This document shows positions 59,350 to 64,000 of a DNA stretch of 64,000 nt, in pieces (position 1 is the first letter of the stretch; each line of letters starts with the position of its first letter). Both the position numbers and the translations under genes were made by a program. This stretch comes from Planctomycetota bacterium. Its GTDB lineage: Bacteria; Planctomycetota; SZUA-567; H5-PLA8. The DNA lies in NCBI GenBank assembly GCA_023150555.1, contig JAKLKQ010000007.1:65253-129252 (forward strand). Reading direction: 5' to 3'. Under the pieces are notes generated by a model. The model saw only the letters and a list, made by a program, of their open reading frames with translations, was not told the DNA's origin and did not search any database.

Positions 59350-60171
59350 CTACGGCTTGAACTGTCCAATCTGCAATTCCAATGCCGCATCCAGCTGCAA
59401 ACTGTTTTGGAAGATCAAGCGCTGGCCAACGGCCTCCACCGTGGTGAACTTGCCTTCGGGCGTGGCGGGGTTGCTGAACCCCGTCGAGTAGATGGTGAAC
59501 CAGCCGCGCTCGCCTGGATCAAAGGGAGCGGTCTCGTCGGTCGGGTCGAGCGGGTTGACGTCGGTGAGGCCGTTGCCGTCATTGTCGATGCCGTCGGTCT
59601 CCCAGCTGACCGCAATGGTGTAGTAGCGCACGTCGCCAAAGGTGACCGCGTGCTTGTAGAAGTTGAACTCCTGCGGCTGCGGGCGCGGAAAATTCCTCAT
59701 GACATAGCCCAGGGGCGCGGTCTCGTCGTTTACCTTGGTCTTGTCGGCCTTGGCCAGGCCGCGGGGCGGAACGAAGGTCGGATCGTATTCGTCGTAGGAG
59801 TGGCCGTCCTGGTAGACCGTGGCCAGGGAGTACTTGACGTTGTTGTTCCTGAGAGGCTTGTAACGGCCGTCGTTGGGACCGGTTTCCTGCTCCTGGGCGG
59901 TGATGTCGCCATCGCCGTTCACGTCGGTCCAGCCCAGCCCCAGACAGCCATTGCCGAAGGTGTTGAGGCTGCGCAGGGCCGCGTCGAGCCCCGCCTCGGC
60001 GGCCTCGAAGCTCTTGATGTCTTCCGAATGCACTTCCGTACGGAACGAGCGCGTGCGGATCTCGTTCATCAGCACCGCACCGAGGCCGGCAAGGATCATG
60101 ACGATGGCCATGGCCACGATCAGCGCCGTGCCGCGCGCGTTCTTGACTGGGATCAGGCGAACCATGTTCAT
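59350..60171 (-). CDS. PilX-like minor pilin (N-terminal part)
   Basis: RG|TALIVAMAIVMIL (no Glu5), SFEAAEAGL and IYSTG. Confidence 0.82.
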   Translation of the reverse strand: MNMVRLIPVKNARGTALIVAMAIVMILAGLGAVLMNEIRTRSFRTEVHSEDIKSFEAAEAGLDAALRSLNTFGNGCLGLGWTDVNGDGDITAQEQETGPNDGRYKPLRNNNVKYSLATVYQDGHSYDEYDPTFVPPRGLAKADKTKVNDETAPLGYVMRNFPRPQPQEFNFYKHAVTFGDVRYYTIAVSWETDGIDNDGNGLTDVNPLDPTDETAPFDPGERGWFTIYSTGFSNPATPEGKFTTVEAVGQRLIFQNSLQLDAALELQIGQFKP

Positions 60172-60209
60172 GTACGAACCTCCGTATGCCCCGTTAAGCG
60201 CCTAATGCG

Positions 60210-61034
60210 CTACTGGTTCCGCAGGAAGATCTGGCCCTTGTTGACCACCATGGCCGCGATGCGGTCGGTGGAGATCGTCATTAGGTGAAAGGTCACGGTC
60301 AGGATCGCGCCGTTCGCGCTGAAGATGCGGCCGCTGATGTCCGAGGCGTCCAGCGGGTCGCCCAGAATGGACTGGCCCCAGTTTGCGTTGCCGGTGCGCT
60401 GGACGATGTTGGGGTCGCCGATGGTGTTGAAGAAGCGCGGCTGGTCGGTGCCGGTGTTGTCCGTCGCGTAGTAGTACTCCCAGCGCAGGCGGCCGATGTC
60501 GAAGGTGTCGGCCTTGATGTCGTTGCCGTTGAGGTCGATGTCTTCGTTTGCTTCGTCGAGTTCACGGATCTTCTCGTACCGGAAGAGCATCACGCCGGCG
60601 ACGATCGGGTTGCCCAGTCCGTCGGTGTCGACGATGCGGTCGTCCAGGCCGTACTCGAGGTTGCGCTGGTCGATGGCGCCTTCCAGGCCCTGGATCTCGC
60701 CGTCGGGAGCCTTGGTCAGCGGGTTGCCCGTATCGTCCACGTCGCGCGGTACCTGGTAGGTGATGTTCGCGTACGGGCCCTTTACAAATGGGGTCGTAGT
60801 CGCAACCGTATTCAGACTCAACTGCGTGCCGGGCTCGATGGCGTCGATGACCTGCTTCAGCGTGCGCTCGCCCTTGGTCTGCAGGGTGGAGAGCGTGATC
60901 TTTTCGCCAGCGGCCCGGGACGAGAATCGGCTGATCTCCAGAGCCATGCCGATCATCAGGGCAAAGACGGCCAGCGAAACGCAGACCTCGATCAACGTGA
61001 AGCCCGAAACGCGGCGGCGTCGCATCGTCGTCAT
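60210..61034 (-). CDS. PilW/PulJ-like prepilin
   Basis: RRRRVSG|FTLIEV class III signal and C-terminal IFLRN. Confidence 0.88.
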   Translation of the reverse strand: MTTMRRRRVSGFTLIEVCVSLAVFALMIGMALEISRFSSRAAGEKITLSTLQTKGERTLKQVIDAIEPGTQLSLNTVATTTPFVKGPYANITYQVPRDVDDTGNPLTKAPDGEIQGLEGAIDQRNLEYGLDDRIVDTDGLGNPIVAGVMLFRYEKIRELDEANEDIDLNGNDIKADTFDIGRLRWEYYYATDNTGTDQPRFFNTIGDPNIVQRTGNANWGQSILGDPLDASDISGRIFSANGAILTVTFHLMTISTDRIAAMVVNKGQIFLRNQ

Positions 61035-61780
61035 CAGAATTGCCCTTCCCGGTCGGTGATGAAGGTGAGGATCTGCACGCGGCGCGGCAGGCCCGCCCGG
61101 CTGTCCCAGCGCACGACCACCGCCAGCGGGATCAGCCGCATCAGGCCGATCTCCCCCAGCGCCGGATCGAACGAATCGGTGAAGCTGGTCTTGTCTCTGC
61201 CCAAGTCAATCGGGAAGGTCAGCGTATTGTTCATGTCCTTGGTCGGCGTGATGCAGTTGTTGGCGGTCAGGTTGCTGGAGAAGCTGCCGTCCAGGTTCAG
61301 GTCGACGGGGAAGTCCAGGTCGCCGTCGGCATCCGTGTCGCCGTAGTTGCCCTCGTTCGGCGCTTCGTCGTGGATGATCACCACGCCCATCTCGTTGCCG
61401 TTGTTGCCCATCAGCGCGTCGGGCGAGAGCCCCGCGTTGGCGATCGGCGCCTCGCAGGTGCCCAGGCGCTGGTTGGGCACGTTGTCGCCGGCGATGTTCA
61501 CCGCGAACGTGTCGAGGTAATAGTCGGCCACGATCTCGTTGTCGGTCGGATCCGCCGTGCGTGAGGCCACCGAGAAAGGCTTGGCGCGGATCTCGTTGAT
61601 CAGTTCCGACGCCGCGAACAGCGCCGTGGCTTCCTCGCGCGCGATGATGTTCATGCGCTCGGACGTCAGGAACAGGTTGAAGACCCCGACCACCGCCAGC
61701 GCCAGGATCACGACCGCGATCGAGACCTCGAGCAAGGTGAGGCCGCGCATCCGTCTTCGGGGACATCGGAAGAAGTTCAC
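61034..61780 (-). CDS. PilV/PulI-like prepilin
   Basis: RRRMRG|LTLLEV signal. The GTG at 61780 follows GAGGAG. C-terminal VVVRW motif. Confidence 0.87.
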   Translation of the reverse strand: MNFFRCPRRRMRGLTLLEVSIAVVILALAVVGVFNLFLTSERMNIIAREEATALFAASELINEIRAKPFSVASRTADPTDNEIVADYYLDTFAVNIAGDNVPNQRLGTCEAPIANAGLSPDALMGNNGNEMGVVIIHDEAPNEGNYGDTDADGDLDFPVDLNLDGSFSSNLTANNCITPTKDMNNTLTFPIDLGRDKTSFTDSFDPALGEIGLMRLIPLAVVVRWDSRAGLPRRVQILTFITDREGQF

Positions 61781-62134
61781 TGGGCTGCTCCTCAATGCCG
61801 TTACCCTGGATCGCACTCCGCTACGACGCAAGGTGCATGAAGAGCAAATGATGGGCGCAGTCCAATCGATTCTCGATTTTGTGCATGTTTCACATGTGCA
61901 AGCGCATTGCGTATGCTCCTTCACGGTGCTATCCACCGTGCACCGAACGGGTTACGCAAGATGCGGGGAACGCGGGATGCACTCGTGAAACCGTCGGGAT
62001 GCCGGCCGCTACGCGAAACGGTGACGGCTTGCAAGCTGCCGCGAGTGGGATGTTCCCGATTGGTAGCCTTTTAGCGCCAAACGCTGTGTCCTTCTCGTAA
62101 CGCACCCCGGTTAACTCACGCGCCACGAACACGT

Positions 62135-62150
62135 TGCATAGCGCATGCCA
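62135..62150 (-). promoter_or_regulatory. Putative sigma54 (-24/-12) promoter of the pilin cluster
   Basis: Minus strand TGGCATG-CGCT-ATGCA against consensus TGGCAYR-N4-TTGCW. GG/GC spacing is correct, with one mismatch. Confidence 0.6.
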
Positions 62151-62290
62151 AGGCGCCCGCCTGTCCTAAGTCCAAAAAGAGCGCGGATGCACGGGTGCAA
62201 CGCGCAGCTAAGCATTCCGCGGCGCCGTGTCTGCCAATCGTCGATGGTTTGGATGCGCGGAGCGCGTCCGCGCGCGGTGCGGATTAACTG

Positions 62291-64000
62291 CTAGCCGGGC
62301 TTGCCGGGTTTGTCCGGTTTGTCTGGCTTGTCCGGTTTTTCCGGCTTGTCCGGCTTGTCCGGTTTGTCCGGCTTGTCCGGCTTGTCGGGCTTGTCGGGCT
62401 TGTCCGGTTTGTCCGGCTTGTCGGGTTTGTCTGGTTTGTCAGGCTTGTCCGGCGCATCGGGTTTGCCGGGCGCATCGGGCTTGCCAGGGGCCTCCAGGGT
62501 TCCCGGACCGTCAAAGTCGCCCTCGGGGCCCTTAGGCCCATTGGGGCCGTGCGCAGCGCCGGTGTTGCCGTTCCCATTGCTATTGCCGTTGCCGTTGCCA
62601 TTGCCATTGCCGTTGCCGCCCGCATTGCTGGTGCTCTTGCCGGGGGCCTCGTCGGAGCCGTGCAGGCCGTTGCCCACGTGGTCAGCCGAATCGTCCTTGC
62701 CTTCGTTGCCATTGCTGCCCTGCGGTTCGGCGTTGCCTTCGCCTTCACCGGACGCGGGAGCCAATTCCTGCAGCAGTGCGGCGCTGGACTTCTGCGCCTG
62801 CTCGAGCGCCTGCTGGAACGCGCCGTCCTGGCTGCCGGCCAGCGCGGCCAGGCGGGCCTTGTCGTGGTTCAGCACGCCGGCCAGTTCCGCCCGTTCCGCC
62901 GCGCCGGTACCGATGCGTTGGGCCAGCGCATGGATGCCGTCCACGGAGAGTTCGACGAGCATCTGCTGCAGCCGCGTGCGCTCTTCGGGCGGCAGCTCGG
63001 GTTTCAACTCGCGCACGAAGCGTTCGGCCAGGCGGTCCAGAGCCGCCGCGCGGTCCGCGGGGCCGGCCAGGGTGAGCACTTCTTCCGCCGCAGCCGAGAG
63101 CGCCTGCACCACCGACGCGCCCCGGCCGGTCACGCTGACGGGCGCCGCGCCTCGCGCGCGCCCTTCGAGCACGTCCAGGGCATGGGCGGTCAGGGCTTCG
63201 GCGGCCAGCACCGCAGCGCTGTGGCCGCGCAGCGCGCGCAGTTGCCTGCCGCGTTCGCGGAAGAGACCGGCGTCGGCCGCGCCGTCGTTCAGTCTAGGCA
63301 GCAGCGCGTGCTCCAGGAACGAACCGTAGGCCAGGGCCGCGGCGTCGCGCAACTGCGAGCCTTCGGGTTCGACGGCCACGCTGCCCAGCAAGTCGTCGGC
63401 GAAGCGCTCGGCCAGCGCGTGCTGCCGTTCGGCCACCTCGTTCTTCGCGAGGGCCAGGGCGCCGGCCTGCAGGGCCTGCCAGGCCGCCGTGCGGCTATCG
63501 AAGCGCGCGGGGACCGGCGCGGCCGGCGCAGGCTGCGGCTGCGGAGTCGGCGCGGCCACCATTGGCGCTTCCACGACGGGTGCGGGTGAAACAGGCGCGG
63601 GTGCTTCAGATACGGGCGCGGGCTCGGCAAGCGGCGCCGGTTCGGGCTGCGAAGCTTCGACCGCGGCCGGGGCCGGCGCTTCGGCAGGCTGCATCGATGC
63701 GGCCGCCTGGGACTCGTCGTTGCGCTGCAGGGCCTTCATCGCGGCCACGGTGCCCAGCACGGAGACCGCGACCAGGGCTGCGGTGGCGACGAACCAGCGG
63801 CGGAAGCCGTAGTTCGCGCGGCGCGAACTGCGCGCCGGCATGCGCACGGTGGCCGGATGGGCGAGCAGGTCCTTGACGTGCTGGCGGGTGCGCTCGCGGG
63901 CGGCTTCCGAATCGGGGATGGCGACGGCGGCGATGGCGCGTTCGAGACCCACGGCCATGCGGTATTCGCGGCTGCAATGCGGGCAGGCCTTCAGGAGGCC
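62291..64000 (-). CDS. Probable zinc-finger anti-sigma-like membrane protein with C-terminal GN and (PDK)n repeats (5' end off window)
   Basis: The frame is open to the window edge and reads GLLKACPHCSREYRMAV, then a TM, a Pro/Ala linker, a helical domain, GNGNGN and PDK repeats. Confidence 0.75.
   Translation of the reverse strand, partial: GLLKACPHCSREYRMAVGLERAIAAVAIPDSEAARERTRQHVKDLLAHPATVRMPARSSRRANYGFRRWFVATAALVAVSVLGTVAAMKALQRNDESQAAASMQPAEAPAPAAVEASQPEPAPLAEPAPVSEAPAPVSPAPVVEAPMVAAPTPQPQPAPAAPVPARFDSRTAAWQALQAGALALAKNEVAERQHALAERFADDLLGSVAVEPEGSQLRDAAALAYGSFLEHALLPRLNDGAADAGLFRERGRQLRALRGHSAAVLAAEALTAHALDVLEGRARGAAPVSVTGRGASVVQALSAAAEEVLTLAGPADRAAALDRLAERFVRELKPELPPEERTRLQQMLVELSVDGIHALAQRIGTGAAERAELAGVLNHDKARLAALAGSQDGAFQQALEQAQKSSAALLQELAPASGEGEGNAEPQGSNGNEGKDDSADHVGNGLHGSDEAPGKSTSNAGGNGNGNGNGNGNSNGNGNTGAAHGPNGPKGPEGDFDGPGTLEAPGKPDAPGKPDAPDKPDKPDKPDKPDKPDKPDKPDKPDKPDKPDKPDKPEKPDKPDKPDKPGKPG
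62294..62488 (-). repeat. 9-nt coding tandem repeat (Pro-Asp-Lys and variants, about 20 copies)
   Basis: ttgtccggc / ttgtcgggc / ttgtccggt units varying mainly at synonymous positions. Confidence 0.92.

Noticed and set aside
61783-61936. Cys-rich N-terminal extension of the PilV-like ORF as a zinc finger
   Set aside because: A GAGGAG-GTG start at 61780 gives a normal short prepilin leader. The extension is probably untranslated.
61950-62110. c-di-GMP riboswitch in the pilin leader
   Set aside because: The GEMM hallmarks (GGCAAAC...GAAA...GACGCAAAGC) were not found. An Rfam scan would settle it.

Overview
A very GC-rich bacterial chromosomal window, probably from a Planctomycetota-like organism. 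That assignment is inferred from a TPR protein with tandem RNA-polymerase alpha-CTD domains, planctomycete-style N-terminal motifs, and the Bat and prepilin clusters. About 50 credible CDSs and one tRNA-Lys(CTT) are present. In order: ruvB (partial), a Pol-beta-type nucleotidyltransferase, an archaeal-type CTP-dependent riboflavin kinase and ruvA; TPR/alpha-CTD; GldA/F/G-like ABC system with DUF4340; single-Cys DksA; PQQ-type beta-propeller; EamA; FAH; Amidase_2 lipoprotein. Next is a repeat-rich 14.5-21 kb zone holding a URO-D-family gene, a roughly 200-nt strongly structured non-coding element, a rhodanese, AraC, a PhyH dioxygenase and a radical SAM/SPASM enzyme. Then CopA; a PlsC acyltransferase fused to a permuted NlpC/P60 domain; a MoxR-DUF58-PPIase-Bat operon; an output-less REC-PAS protein; TetR, cupin, DoxX and a ManA-like gene; a speD-DUF4178-DUF350-speE-flavoprotein polyamine cluster; a heme-c hybrid kinase paired with a Ser/Thr kinase-REC protein; and a minor-pilin cluster with a candidate sigma54 promoter and an apparently split PilX. 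No integrase, transposase, rRNA or CRISPR array was seen. The best leads are the structured element at 17.1-17.3 kb, a shared AraC-type operator linking the URO-D and PhyH genes, the PlsC-NlpC/P60 fusion, the kinase/NTase pair inside ruvAB, and the split-PilX pilin locus. All family calls come from motif recognition by eye, not database searches.
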